From Christensenella sp. UBA3217 (GTDB lineage: Bacteria > Bacillota > Clostridia > Christensenellales > CAG-1252): a stretch of 64,000 nucleotides of DNA. Both the position numbers and the translations under genes were made by a program. A model generated the notes under the pieces. That model saw only the letters and a program-made list of their open reading frames with translations. It did not search any database and had not been told where the DNA came from. The DNA lies in assembly GCA_002363545.1 (NCBI GenBank), contig DEWF01000001.1:106880-170879 (forward strand), in the 5' to 3' direction. This document shows positions 1 to 9,317 of this stretch, one piece after another (positions within the stretch are counted from its first letter, which is position 1; each line of letters starts with the position of its first letter).

Positions 1-1437
1 GCAGCTTAGATAGGCTGCTATTCCCGTAATGGTGGCAAAAGCTGCTTGTACGATGATGCCGCATCCGATGCACTGGCTGAATAGATGTGCGCATTTTGCC
101 GCCAAAGCGGTGGGAAAGGCAAAGGACATAGTAATAGCTGCGGGACGAAAGATCGCGCCTGTATAGCCGCCTTTTTTCCATAAAAAGTACATTCCAAACA
201 TAAATTCCGCCACATGAAAGGCACATTCGCCCACAGCCAAAGCATAAATACCGATATATTTTGGCAGAAAGAGTACGGATGAGATCAAAAGCAGGGATGA
301 AATAAGAAAAGAGAAGAAAACCTTTCTTTCTTCGCCAAGGGAGTTTAAAGTGGTGTTGATGAGTCCGGATAGCGCCGCAGGGATCACCATTCCCGATGAG
401 AATGCCACAAATTTGCCGGCTCTTACATCCTTAAACAATAGTTCCCCGTAAGTTTCACCAAGAACCAAAAAGAGGGCGTAAAATAGCACTGTGATGATGA
501 AAATAAACAAAATGGACTCATTTACGCGCGTGCGTAATTCTTTCCATTTGCCCGTGGCGGCCAGCGCAGCGGCTTCCGGTAAGATCACAACGCAAAGTGC
601 GCCTGTAAGCGATAGAGGGGCAAATAAAAGGGAAAACGCCATTCCTACCGCTCTTCCGTATTCTGCGGCTGCCGCGCCCGGGGCCATACCGTTTTTAACG
701 AGCATAGCAGGGAGAAACACGGCAATAAAGGAAGTGATCAATCCTGCGGCAATACGCATGCCTGTGACAGGCAAAGAGGAACGTATGAGAGGTTTGCACT
801 CAACGGGTGTTGCTATTTTGCCGCCTTTTATAAAATACAGCAAAAGCAAAATGATCATTACGCTGTAATCGGTGATGGTAAATGCAATACTGATCGCAAC
901 GCTATCCGAAAGCGCAATAAAAGCATTGGAAAGAAAGGTCAAGCAGGCAATGATCTTTATAACCTCTTCCAGTAGCTCCGTGAGGCTGTAATCAAAGTAT
1001 CTGCCTTTGCCCATAAAGTAGCCTCGTAGTAATTGATACATGGCGCTGCTGAGCAAGGCTGGCAGAATGATATAAAAGAGTTTAACGCACCTTCCATCCG
1101 AAAAGACAAAGGTGAGTTTGTGGCGCAAGAGAAATGCGCCCGCGATCAAGAAAAGGGAAACGCCCAAAGAGAGGAGCATTGCACCTGTCATTACGCCGTT
1201 CAGTTTCTTTTCTTGTTTTACGGCGGTAAGCTCGGCGGTTTTGCGTGACAGCATAAGAGGGATTCCCGATCCGGCTATCATAGAGAATAAACCGAATATC
1301 GAAAACGCCATTTGAAAAAGCCCAAGGATCTCTGCGCCCACCCTGCGAGAAAGATAGATCTTAAAGAAGAAGGACATCAATCGGGTAATGATGGAAAAGA
1401 GCATTATCAGCAGGGTGCTTTGTTTTAAAGTTCTCAT
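1..1437 (-). CDS. MOP-superfamily flippase, SpoVB / polysaccharide-biosynthesis-protein-like (start present, 3' end runs off the window)
   Basis: The ORF track omits this frame because it has no in-window stop. I checked the minus-strand frame codon by codon and it is open from 1446 to position 1, with the first ATG at 1437-1435. The translation MRTLKQSTLLIMLFSIITRLMSFFFKIYLSRRVGAEILGLFQMAFSIFGLFSMIAGSGIPLMLSRK... is polytopic and hydrophobic throughout, in the style of MurJ/SpoVB. Confidence 0.6.
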   Translation of the reverse strand, partial: MRTLKQSTLLIMLFSIITRLMSFFFKIYLSRRVGAEILGLFQMAFSIFGLFSMIAGSGIPLMLSRKTAELTAVKQEKKLNGVMTGAMLLSLGVSLFLIAGAFLLRHKLTFVFSDGRCVKLFYIILPALLSSAMYQLLRGYFMGKGRYFDYSLTELLEEVIKIIACLTFLSNAFIALSDSVAISIAFTITDYSVMIILLLLYFIKGGKIATPVECKPLIRSSLPVTGMRIAAGLITSFIAVFLPAMLVKNGMAPGAAAAEYGRAVGMAFSLLFAPLSLTGALCVVILPEAAALAATGKWKELRTRVNESILFIFIITVLFYALFLVLGETYGELLFKDVRAGKFVAFSSGMVIPAALSGLINTTLNSLGEERKVFFSFLISSLLLISSVLFLPKYIGIYALAVGECAFHVAEFMFGMYFLWKKGGYTGAIFRPAAITMSFAFPTALAAKCAHLFSQCIGCGIIVQAAFATITGIAAYLSC

Positions 1438-1532
1438 CGTGCCTCGCTAAAAATATCGTTTCTATACTATATTGCATTATTGCTTGAATTATAAGCGAGG
1501 AAAGGATAGAAGACTCGGAATTGAACCGAGGG

Positions 1533-1569
1533 AAAAGAAAAAGCACACCGTAAAAGCGGTGTGCTTTTG
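1533..1569 (-). terminator. Rho-independent terminator downstream of the 1413-aa surface protein gene
   Basis: A 10-bp perfect stem (aagcacaccg 1541-1550 / cggtgtgctt 1557-1566) with a 6-nt loop, followed on the minus strand by a T-rich run. Confidence 0.7.
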
Positions 1570-1587
1570 CATTAAAAAGTGAATGGA

Positions 1588-4500
1588 TCAGTCTTTGTAC
1601 TCGTCACGTGCGCTGCCGGTAGAGGTTTCTTCCTCATCCTTGCCTTTCAGCGTGCTTCTGTCGTAGCCGGCTTTCTTTACCTTGGTGCGTTTGCCCGGAC
1701 GGTAATACTTCTTGAAGAGCCACAGGATAATAACGGCAATCAACACGGCGGCGATCACAATGGAGGTGATATATGCCCAAATCAAGGAAGCATCGGTTCT
1801 GGAACCGGAGTTCGTAGTGGTTTCTTCCTCATCCGTGTTTTCTTCTTCATCCGCTTCCAGCACGATCACGCTGTTGGTGAGCGCAAAAGCCTTACTTTCT
1901 TCGGTCAAAACCACTTCACCGTGCTCATCCAAGACGTCGTTGCCTTGGTCGTCCTTTTCCGCAACTTTGTAATTTGCGGTGCCCGCGGTGTATTCCTCTT
2001 CGGTGATCTTGGCAAGACTCAGGTTATCAACGAACAAGTAGCCTTGCAACAGGTTGGTGCCGCTTTCGCCAAGCTCAAAGGAGAGTTTACAGGAAACGGA
2101 AGAATCCTTTTCATTCTTAAAGTAGAAGGAAAGTTTCACCCATTCGTTCTCGATCGCTTCACCATCCTCGTTGTATTGCGTGTTCACCTTGAAACTTGTG
2201 GGTTCATCGGAGATGGTCACGTAAACTCTTGCATACTTATCCTTTTCAATATGCGAGGTGCGCACGTACACGCTGAACTTGTAATAGGAATTGGATTCCA
2301 AGCTAAGATCGGAAAGGTAATAAGTTTGATAGGTAGCCTTACGGTTGTTGATCATCAACAGGTAATTACCAACCGTGGCGTTATCCAACATACCCGCGTT
2401 GGTAAAGATGTCGGAAGCGGAAAGGGCGCTGCCTTCAATGATCACGTCTTCAGTCTCATCGGTATCGTTTCCATCCTCATCCTTCTTGGTGACGGTCTCA
2501 TACAAGCCAAGGTTGTCCTTGTCATCGGTCACATATTTAAACTCGTCCTTGGAGATAATGCCGGACACAATGGTGTTCTTATCGGTAGAAGAGTTGGTCT
2601 TGGAGAAAGCAGAGGGGGTTGCCGTGCCTTCCTTTGCCGAAGCGTTATCAAAGGTGATAGTCGTAAACTTGGAAGTTGCGGTATCTTCAAGCGCAATAAC
2701 CGCTTCGTATTCTTCTTTTGTGAGCTCTTTATAAGTAAAGCTATCAAAGAGCAGGGTGCCGCTGAACTCGGTGGTCGCATCGCCCTTGGCGCCGTAATAC
2801 AACTCAAAGTAAGCATTCACAGTGGCAAGACCGGTCTCAACCGCAAAGTTGTATTCGATCCAACCGTTGTTGGTGCCGGAAACCTTGTGCATTGCCACCT
2901 TAGCGTCGGTGGAAGTGGTGGTGAGGTAGATCTCACCTTCTGCACCGGGCATAGCTTTCGCATAGCACTTCAACAAATAATAGGAGCTTCCTTCCAAAGA
3001 AGTGGAGGGACTACGCAAAGCGTAGGTAGTGGTCATATCGTTTTCGGTGCCGCCGAGTGTAGTGTTCTTTAAGGTAACGGTCGCACCGTCACGGGTGGTG
3101 ATCATCAGCAGGTTGGGTGCACCGAAGGAAACGTCTTTGATCTGTGTTTCTTCAGAAACGGTAGCATTCCAAGTGTCGTAGATCTCGGTTCTATCCAAAC
3201 CGAATTGATCAAAATATTCTTGGCTGTTATTGATGTTGATGATGCCGGCGATCAACTTGTTGTAATCTTCCTGACCGGAAACCACCACGAAATCATAGTT
3301 GCCGTCTTCAAGTGCGTTAAAAGTATCTCCTTCTTTCCAACCGATCTTTCCGGTAAGGTTGTTCACGGAGAGCAGGCTGCTCCACTGGCTGGAGGTGTAG
3401 AAGGTCTTATTATAATCAGAAGGTCCGGTGATCACGATCTTGGTGATATTCTTTCCGCCCAGATCCACGGACTGGGTTGCGGTAGCATCTTTTGCCAAGG
3501 TGAATGCCACACTCGTTCCCTCGGTTTGCAAAGTGCCGTACTTGCTGTTCACGTTATTGGTCCAGTTGGATACCGCACCGGTCAGGTGGGTATTGCCGTC
3601 CTTATCCGAAAGGGCAACCAAACCGGTTTCTTGATCGATTTCGGTGCTGTCCGGAGTGAATGTGTTAAAGTTGCCGTTCGTCACTTTGGTGGAGTTGCTG
3701 GCATAGTTTTGTTGCTTGGTGTTCTTGCCTGCGTTCTTGGAGTATTCCGAATAGGGGATCTGTTCCATGCTGATATTTGCAATCAAGAACGCGCCTTTTT
3801 GATAAGAAGAGGGATCGTAAGCGGATCCGGAGCCGTTTGAAACTTTCAAATAAACCTTGTTGGTGTTTTCTTCAAGCACGGGCAGGGCGCCTCTGAAATA
3901 GAAGATGTACTCGGAATAACCGTTAGCGTATTCGTTGGTGTCGCTTGCAGTATTCACGGAGAAGGATTGTACGGAAGAGCCGGACTCGCTGAGAATCTCC
4001 AAAGTGACGTTCTTGCCATCGTCAAGACCAACCGTCTTCATCCATACGGTAAGTTTGTAGCAAAGCGATTGTTTGATCTCCAAATATTCAACGGTCTTTA
4101 CCGAATAAGCGGCAGGGATCACGTTGTTTACGAGCAGAACGTTAGAGAAGCCGTAAGGATATTTCGGATTCTCGGAAAGACCGTACTGGGTCTTCATATC
4201 GTCCGTCCATTCTTGATCAAGGATCTCCTTGTTGAGAACTGCGATCTTAACATCTCTGCCGATCTCGGCTCTGCTACCGCCCACAGTATCAAATTCATAA
4301 CCCACGGGAAGGCCTGCGTCCAAATCAGAGAAATCTCCATTCTCAAACAGGTTGGGGTCCTCGGAAGGATCATCCTTCTCAGAGAGAAGGTTAATGAGAT
4401 CAAAGTAGTAAATATCGCCCGTCAAGATGGAATCCGCGGCAACGGTACTCTTGCTGACGGAAGCGTCAAAGGTCTTTACCGGCGTAATGGTGAGTTTGTC

Positions 4501-5829
4501 AAAGAAGGCTTTTCCTTGTACCAAGGTGCTGTTATCTTTGTCATCACCAAGCCAAATTTGAATATTGAAGAAACGATTGCTGAATTGGTTTCCGATCACG
4601 TAAATGGTGTAATAGCGCCATTCGTTTCCGTTGTTGATCACTTTGGAAGAGAAAGTCTTGGTTGCATAACCGTTGGAGCCGGCATCAAGTACGATGCGCG
4701 CGCCGAGGTTTGCGTAATCCGCAACGCTGATGTGATCGTAAGAATCCACATTGACTTTTGCATAGAAGCCGATCTTATAAAGGGTGCACAGGTCAAAACG
4801 CACTTGCGATTTGGAAGCATAGTACACAGCGGCAGGAGCAAAAGTTGCAGTGCTACTTTGGTTGGATTCGATCATGAGCACGTGATCGTCCTCGCTATCC
4901 ACAACGGGAAGACCGGGGTTCTCGCCATAGGTTTCCTCATCCCAATCCACGGCAGTGGTGGAAACAACGCCGTGCTTTAAGGTCGTGGAATTGGTTTTGG
5001 AAGTAGTCCAAGTCCAAGAGTCGGGGGTGTGAACACCGCTCTTATCGGAAGAATTGTAAGTATAATAGTTGAACTCACCTTCGGGATTGAGCAGGGACAT
5101 CACGCGAACGGTTTCCTCTGCGGGCGCCGCTTTTGCCGTGTTGTAATCAGCCGCGGTGATCTTCTCGGCAACAACGTCGTCAAAGAATGCATAACCGGAT
5201 ACCTTTTGATCGGCATATCCGAGCGCAAGAAGCACGGTCACGGAGTTGCTGTCCGCCGAGGAGGCTTCCACGTAGAAGGTATATGTGGTAAATTCATCGG
5301 TGTTGTTGATGTCGGTGATTTGGGCAAAGCCGTTATCCGCATACAGGCGGATGGTAGCGCCACCGCCGTTGGTATTAACGACCTTGACCTTAACGGTAAG
5401 TTTGTAATAACCGTAAGCTGCCGTTTCAAAGGTGGCGTAATAGCCGTTTGCGTTGAGCTCCTTGTTGTAGATCATAAGGACTTTTTCATCCTTTGCTTCT
5501 CCAAAAGGATTAGCTGCATTGCCCCAAGCGGAACTCTTTTTCGCATAGTCCGCGCCGGTGCTCACGATACCCGAAACGGTATTTTCGGAATTGTACGTGC
5601 TCGGCGTGTACTGGCTCCAAGAGGAAACGGAGTAGGGCTGCGTATCTCCGGACGTGGAAGAAAAGTCGCCGTTCGATACGAGCGAAGTGAAGGCTTCTTT
5701 TTCTTCTTCCGTCGCATTATCGGATTTGTTATCCGAACTGCTGCAGGCAAAAGCCGTTAGCGTAAGCGCGAAGACGAGCATAAGCGTGAAAAGTGTGATG
5801 AGATAGGTCTTCAAAGTAGATTTTTTCAT
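1588..5829 (-). CDS. Large cell-surface protein with about five CBM-like (jelly-roll) modules, an N-terminal lipobox and a C-terminal TM anchor
   Basis: 1413-aa ORF with an SD (GGAG) upstream of ATG 5829. The lipoprotein signal is MKKSTLKTYLITLFTLMLVFALTLTAFAC/SSSDN. Modules open with NGDFS / ENGDFSD / NGNFN motifs and close with FFDDVVAEKI, FFDKLTITPV, FLIANISMEQI, LLFDSFTYKEL and LFVDNLSLAKI, which is the grammar of CBM4/9/22-type modules. An acidic linker precedes the TM segment LIWAYITSIVIAAVLIAVIILWLF (nt 1714-1785) and a basic tail. Confidence 0.85.
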   Translation of the reverse strand: MKKSTLKTYLITLFTLMLVFALTLTAFACSSSDNKSDNATEEEKEAFTSLVSNGDFSSTSGDTQPYSVSSWSQYTPSTYNSENTVSGIVSTGADYAKKSSAWGNAANPFGEAKDEKVLMIYNKELNANGYYATFETAAYGYYKLTVKVKVVNTNGGGATIRLYADNGFAQITDINNTDEFTTYTFYVEASSADSNSVTVLLALGYADQKVSGYAFFDDVVAEKITAADYNTAKAAPAEETVRVMSLLNPEGEFNYYTYNSSDKSGVHTPDSWTWTTSKTNSTTLKHGVVSTTAVDWDEETYGENPGLPVVDSEDDHVLMIESNQSSTATFAPAAVYYASKSQVRFDLCTLYKIGFYAKVNVDSYDHISVADYANLGARIVLDAGSNGYATKTFSSKVINNGNEWRYYTIYVIGNQFSNRFFNIQIWLGDDKDNSTLVQGKAFFDKLTITPVKTFDASVSKSTVAADSILTGDIYYFDLINLLSEKDDPSEDPNLFENGDFSDLDAGLPVGYEFDTVGGSRAEIGRDVKIAVLNKEILDQEWTDDMKTQYGLSENPKYPYGFSNVLLVNNVIPAAYSVKTVEYLEIKQSLCYKLTVWMKTVGLDDGKNVTLEILSESGSSVQSFSVNTASDTNEYANGYSEYIFYFRGALPVLEENTNKVYLKVSNGSGSAYDPSSYQKGAFLIANISMEQIPYSEYSKNAGKNTKQQNYASNSTKVTNGNFNTFTPDSTEIDQETGLVALSDKDGNTHLTGAVSNWTNNVNSKYGTLQTEGTSVAFTLAKDATATQSVDLGGKNITKIVITGPSDYNKTFYTSSQWSSLLSVNNLTGKIGWKEGDTFNALEDGNYDFVVVSGQEDYNKLIAGIININNSQEYFDQFGLDRTEIYDTWNATVSEETQIKDVSFGAPNLLMITTRDGATVTLKNTTLGGTENDMTTTYALRSPSTSLEGSSYYLLKCYAKAMPGAEGEIYLTTTSTDAKVAMHKVSGTNNGWIEYNFAVETGLATVNAYFELYYGAKGDATTEFSGTLLFDSFTYKELTKEEYEAVIALEDTATSKFTTITFDNASAKEGTATPSAFSKTNSSTDKNTIVSGIISKDEFKYVTDDKDNLGLYETVTKKDEDGNDTDETEDVIIEGSALSASDIFTNAGMLDNATVGNYLLMINNRKATYQTYYLSDLSLESNSYYKFSVYVRTSHIEKDKYARVYVTISDEPTSFKVNTQYNEDGEAIENEWVKLSFYFKNEKDSSVSCKLSFELGESGTNLLQGYLFVDNLSLAKITEEEYTAGTANYKVAEKDDQGNDVLDEHGEVVLTEESKAFALTNSVIVLEADEEENTDEEETTTNSGSRTDASLIWAYITSIVIAAVLIAVIILWLFKKYYRPGKRTKVKKAGYDRSTLKGKDEEETSTGSARDEYKD

Positions 5830-6056
5830 TTAATCATCTCCGATTAAAATTTTGTTCTTAAATATTTTAATATATAAGTAAAAAATAATCAATTGTTTTT
5901 TTATTAAGAATCAAAAATAAAATATGCCAATCTGCCGTGCCGTTTGACACTCTTGACACTTGTTTCCTGCTTGATTTGCCTTAATAGTCCCTAGTTCTCC
6001 CTAGATGGCAACATAAACAAGGAATGATAGGGGAATAAATCGGGAATAGTTATACT

Positions 6057-6431
6057 ATGTCCGAAAAAACGAAAAAGAAAGCAAAAAGCGCAGCTGCTGC
6101 TATCCTTGCCCTCTTTGCAGGAGTGGCAAACTGTCTTTTTGGAGGTGGCGGGGGGATGCTCATCGTTCCGGCGCTTGGCGGTTGTATGGAGTTGCCTGAG
6201 AAAAAGGCGCATGCTTCTGCCGTTGCCGTCATGTTTCCTCTTTCACTTTGTTCCGTCATATTATACGTTTTTCGAGGAACGTGGGATATCGTGTTGTCGG
6301 TGCGCGTGGGGATAGGGGCTACGATGGGCGCTGTGTTCGGCGCGTTTCTCTTAAAGCGAATGCCTAAAAAGATCCTTTCGGTTCTCTTTTACGGGATCAT
6401 GATCTATGCGGGGATCAAATACTTGCAATGA
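6057..6431 (+). CDS. TSUP (TauE/SafE) family transporter, half-size subunit 1
   Basis: 124 aa with about 4 predicted TM segments and the Gly-rich motif FGGGGGMLIVPAL. The stop overlaps the next start (ATGA at 6428). Confidence 0.7.
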   Translation: MSEKTKKKAKSAAAAILALFAGVANCLFGGGGGMLIVPALGGCMELPEKKAHASAVAVMFPLSLCSVILYVFRGTWDIVLSVRVGIGATMGAVFGAFLLKRMPKKILSVLFYGIMIYAGIKYLQ

Positions 6432-6814
6432 AAACCTTATATTTGATTTTAGCGGGGGCAATCGGCGGCTTGATCGGGTCTATGGGGCTCGGAGGCGGTA
6501 CGCTGCTAATGCCCATATTGACTTTTTGTTTGAAGGTTTCGCCCAAGACGGCCTCTTGGATCAACTTGGTTTGTTTTTTACCCACGGCAGCAGTGGCTCT
6601 CGTAATACACGCTAATAATAAAATGTTGGAGAAAGGGGCGGTTATCTATCTTTTGGCGTTTTCCTTTCTCGGGCTCGCTTTGGCGCTTCCGCTGTTGGGG
6701 CGCTTGCCGGAAGTCGTGCTGAAAAAGAGCTTCGGATGGTTTTTGGTTTTGCTCGGATCCATATCGCTTATTGCTCTTTTTATCGGATATTTCAAAGAAA
6801 ACAAGCAAAAGTAA
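6428..6814 (+). CDS. TSUP (TauE/SafE) family transporter, half-size subunit 2
   Basis: 128 aa with about 4 TM segments and the motif GLGGGTLLMPIL, paralogous to the upstream half. The two genes are translationally coupled. Confidence 0.7.
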   Translation: MKTLYLILAGAIGGLIGSMGLGGGTLLMPILTFCLKVSPKTASWINLVCFLPTAAVALVIHANNKMLEKGAVIYLLAFSFLGLALALPLLGRLPEVVLKKSFGWFLVLLGSISLIALFIGYFKENKQK

Positions 6815-6928
6815 AATTATATTCTACAAATAGATTATTACACAAATTCAAACGACGATTTTTTGTTTGAAAAAGAGAGATTTTTCGTAATATTTATGGA
6901 AAACAATAAATATTTTTATATTTAAGTC

Positions 6929-6958
6929 TTTACACTACGCGTGCGGGTGTGATAAAAT
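6929..6958 (+). promoter_or_regulatory. Putative sigma-A promoter of the rnf operon
   Basis: TTTACA (6929-6934), a 17/18-nt spacer, then TGtgATAAAAT (-10 with a TG extension), 16 nt upstream of the rnfC ATG. Confidence 0.35.
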
Positions 6959-6973
6959 TAGGCTGGAATTTAA

Positions 6974-8281
6974 ATGGAGAAAATTGCTTTGAAGTTAACC
7001 TTTAAGCGTGGGGTACACCCCGCGGGCAACAAGAATATTGCAAAAGATATCCCGCTCAGCGAGTTTCCTACGCCGAGTGTGGTTTCTATTCCCTTGTCCC
7101 AACATATCGGCGCTCCGGCTGCTCCCGCGGTACAGGTGGGGGATCACGTTTCTGTCGGCACTTTGATTGGACGCTCCTCGGGTTTTGTTTCTGCAAACGT
7201 TTATTCTTCTGTCAGCGGCACAGTAAAGGAATTTATCACCAAGCGCACGGCGATCGGTACCAAAGCGAATCACGTGGTTATTGAGAACGATGGGCTTTAC
7301 CAAGAATCTTTCCTTACCCCTCTTACCGATCTTACGGCAGAATCCGTAAAGGCTCGTGTGGCGGAAGCGGGTATCGTTGGTATGGGCGGAGCCACTTTTC
7401 CCACTCACGTTAAACTTTCCCCTCGCACTCCTGTGGACGTTTTGATCATTAACGCCGCCGAGTGTGAACCCTATATTACTTGCGATTATCGCCTTTGTTT
7501 GGAAAAGACAAAAGAGATCTTTGAAGGCATTAAGGCAATGATGGTAGCTCTTGGCGTAAAAGAGGCGTATATCGGCGTGGAAGATAATAAGCCGGAAGCC
7601 ATTCGTGCGCTTTCCGTTTTTGCCACGCAGGATATTCGCGTCGTGCCCCTCATTACAAAATATCCGCAAGGGGCGGAAAAGCAGTTGATCTATTCCATCA
7701 CGCAAAGAGTGGTACCGGAAGGTGCGCTCCCTGCGGACGTTGGTGCCGTTGTTGATAACGTGCATACCGCTTATGCCATTTACGAAGCGGTGTTTCTCGG
7801 AAAGCCTTCCTTTATGCGTGCTATGACCGTGTCCGGGAAGGGGTGCGCCAAGCCCGGTAATTTTTGGGTCAGAAACGGCGTCACCTATCAGGACGTGGCT
7901 TCTTATTGTGAATTATTGCCTGAAACCGAAAAGGTGATCAGCGGCGGTCCGATGATGGGATTTGCCCAATCGGATCTTTTGCCTTCCACGGGTAAAGGTA
8001 CTTCTTCCCTTCTTTTCTTAACGAAAGAGGAGGTTGCGGAAGGGGATAAACCCATTTCCGCATGTATCAACTGTGCTTCATGCGCTTCACATTGTCCCAT
8101 GCGTTTGATGCCCATGTTTATTGAAAGAGCCGTAGATGCGGAAGACGCTGCCGCGGCAAAAAAACTTCATGCCATGAGTTGCTTGGAATGCGGATGTTGC
8201 GCTTACGTGTGTCCTGCGCGCAGACCTTTGGTCACGAGTATGCGCCGTGCAAAAAAAATGATCAAGGAAAAGGGGGTGTGA
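6974..8281 (+). CDS. rnfC: Rnf electron-transport complex subunit C
   Basis: 435 aa with an N-terminal RGVHP motif, two ferredoxin-type clusters (CINCASCASHCP and CLECGCCAYVCP), and first position in a CDGEAB gene order. Confidence 0.9.
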   Translation: MEKIALKLTFKRGVHPAGNKNIAKDIPLSEFPTPSVVSIPLSQHIGAPAAPAVQVGDHVSVGTLIGRSSGFVSANVYSSVSGTVKEFITKRTAIGTKANHVVIENDGLYQESFLTPLTDLTAESVKARVAEAGIVGMGGATFPTHVKLSPRTPVDVLIINAAECEPYITCDYRLCLEKTKEIFEGIKAMMVALGVKEAYIGVEDNKPEAIRALSVFATQDIRVVPLITKYPQGAEKQLIYSITQRVVPEGALPADVGAVVDNVHTAYAIYEAVFLGKPSFMRAMTVSGKGCAKPGNFWVRNGVTYQDVASYCELLPETEKVISGGPMMGFAQSDLLPSTGKGTSSLLFLTKEEVAEGDKPISACINCASCASHCPMRLMPMFIERAVDAEDAAAAKKLHAMSCLECGCCAYVCPARRPLVTSMRRAKKMIKEKGV

Positions 8282-8282
8282 T

Positions 8283-9317
8283 ATGAACAAGTTCGTAGTA
8301 TCCTCTTCTCCTCATATCGCAAATAGGCGCACCGTTTCCGGCATTATGCAGGAAGTGCTTATCGCCTTACTTCCCGCCGTGATCGCTTCGGTGTATTTCT
8401 TTGGTTTTTATGCGCTTTTCCTTGAATTGCTTTGCGTGGGAAGCGCCATTGGGGCGGAAGCGCTTTATAACAAAGTCATGAAGCGGGAGCAAACAATCAA
8501 AGATTGTTCTGCCGCAGTCACAGGGCTTTTGCTTGCTCTTAATTTGCCTGCTACGGTTCCCTTTTACGTGCCCATTATCGGAAGCGCTTTTGCTATTGTT
8601 TTCGTAAAAATGCTGTTTGGTGGCATCGGTAAAAACTTTGCCAATCCCGCGATTACCGGCAGGGTGTTCCTGCTGCTCGCGTGGGGTGCGCTTATGACCA
8701 AACCGTGGGGTAGCCCCATCCATTGGTCGGATGGCGGGGCGTTTTACTATTTCCGCTGTATTTTGAAAGGGAATTCCGCAATTCAGGACGTGGCCGCTGT
8801 TACCACGGCAACTCCGCTATCTTCTCTAACGCAAGGCGGCTATGCAGGAAAGGATCTTTTGAAAATGTTCCTTGGCGCAACGGGCGGTTCGCTGGGTGAA
8901 ACCAGTGCGCTTGCGCTTTTGATCGGCGGTGTGTATTTGATCGTGCGACGTATTATCGATTGGCGGGTGCCCGTTACTTTTGTTGGAACGGTTGCGCTCT
9001 TTGCGTTGATCTACGGCGGTGCAAACGGGGATGCGCTCGGCTATATTTTACCTTCGGTACTGGGTGGCGGTTTGTTGCTGGGTGCTTTCTTTATGGCAAC
9101 CGATTATTCCACTTCGCCCAACACCAAAACAGGGCTTGTGGTGTTTGCTTTTGGGTGCGGACTCATCACCTCGTTGATCCGTTTCTACGGCAGCTATCCG
9201 GAGGGCGTATCCTTTGCAATCCTGTTAATGAATATCCTTACGCCGTATATCGACAAGGCGTTCAAAATGCATCCCTTCGGGTACGTTAAGCAAAAGGCGG
9301 GAGGGCAAAAGAAATGA
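8283..9317 (+). CDS. rnfD: Rnf complex subunit D
   Basis: 344-aa polytopic membrane protein with a conserved FMATDYSTSP segment of the RnfD/NqrB type, in operon context. Confidence 0.9.
   Translation: MNKFVVSSSPHIANRRTVSGIMQEVLIALLPAVIASVYFFGFYALFLELLCVGSAIGAEALYNKVMKREQTIKDCSAAVTGLLLALNLPATVPFYVPIIGSAFAIVFVKMLFGGIGKNFANPAITGRVFLLLAWGALMTKPWGSPIHWSDGGAFYYFRCILKGNSAIQDVAAVTTATPLSSLTQGGYAGKDLLKMFLGATGGSLGETSALALLIGGVYLIVRRIIDWRVPVTFVGTVALFALIYGGANGDALGYILPSVLGGGLLLGAFFMATDYSTSPNTKTGLVVFAFGCGLITSLIRFYGSYPEGVSFAILLMNILTPYIDKAFKMHPFGYVKQKAGGQKK

Noticed and set aside
1579-3072. The track contains long antisense ORFs opposite real genes. Examples are 1579-3072(+), 3967-4980(+), 5029-5760(+), 6995-7765(-), 12027-12998(-), 13784-14692(+), 14744-15637(+), 17284-18366(-), 22325-23101(-), 40555-41337(-), 47276-48373(-), 48671-49429(-), 54961-55755(-), 58878-59585(-), 59991-60992(-) and 61752-62699(-).
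   Set aside because: Each lies entirely inside a longer opposite-strand ORF that has clear family motifs. Their translations are low-complexity or compositionally odd (rich in R/G/H/C/F), and they lack SD sites and any recognisable motif. They are most simply a by-product of codon bias that depletes stop codons on the antisense strand.
5944-6004. Tandem TTGACAC TC TTGACAC (5944-5959) and tandem TCCCTAG (5988-5994 and 5998-6004) in the divergent promoter region upstream of the TSUP genes.
   Set aside because: These are real short repeats, but I could not pair either TTGACA with a plausible -10 at 16-19 nt. Seven-mers recurring once in an AT-rich gap are within chance expectation, so they are too weak to call an operator.
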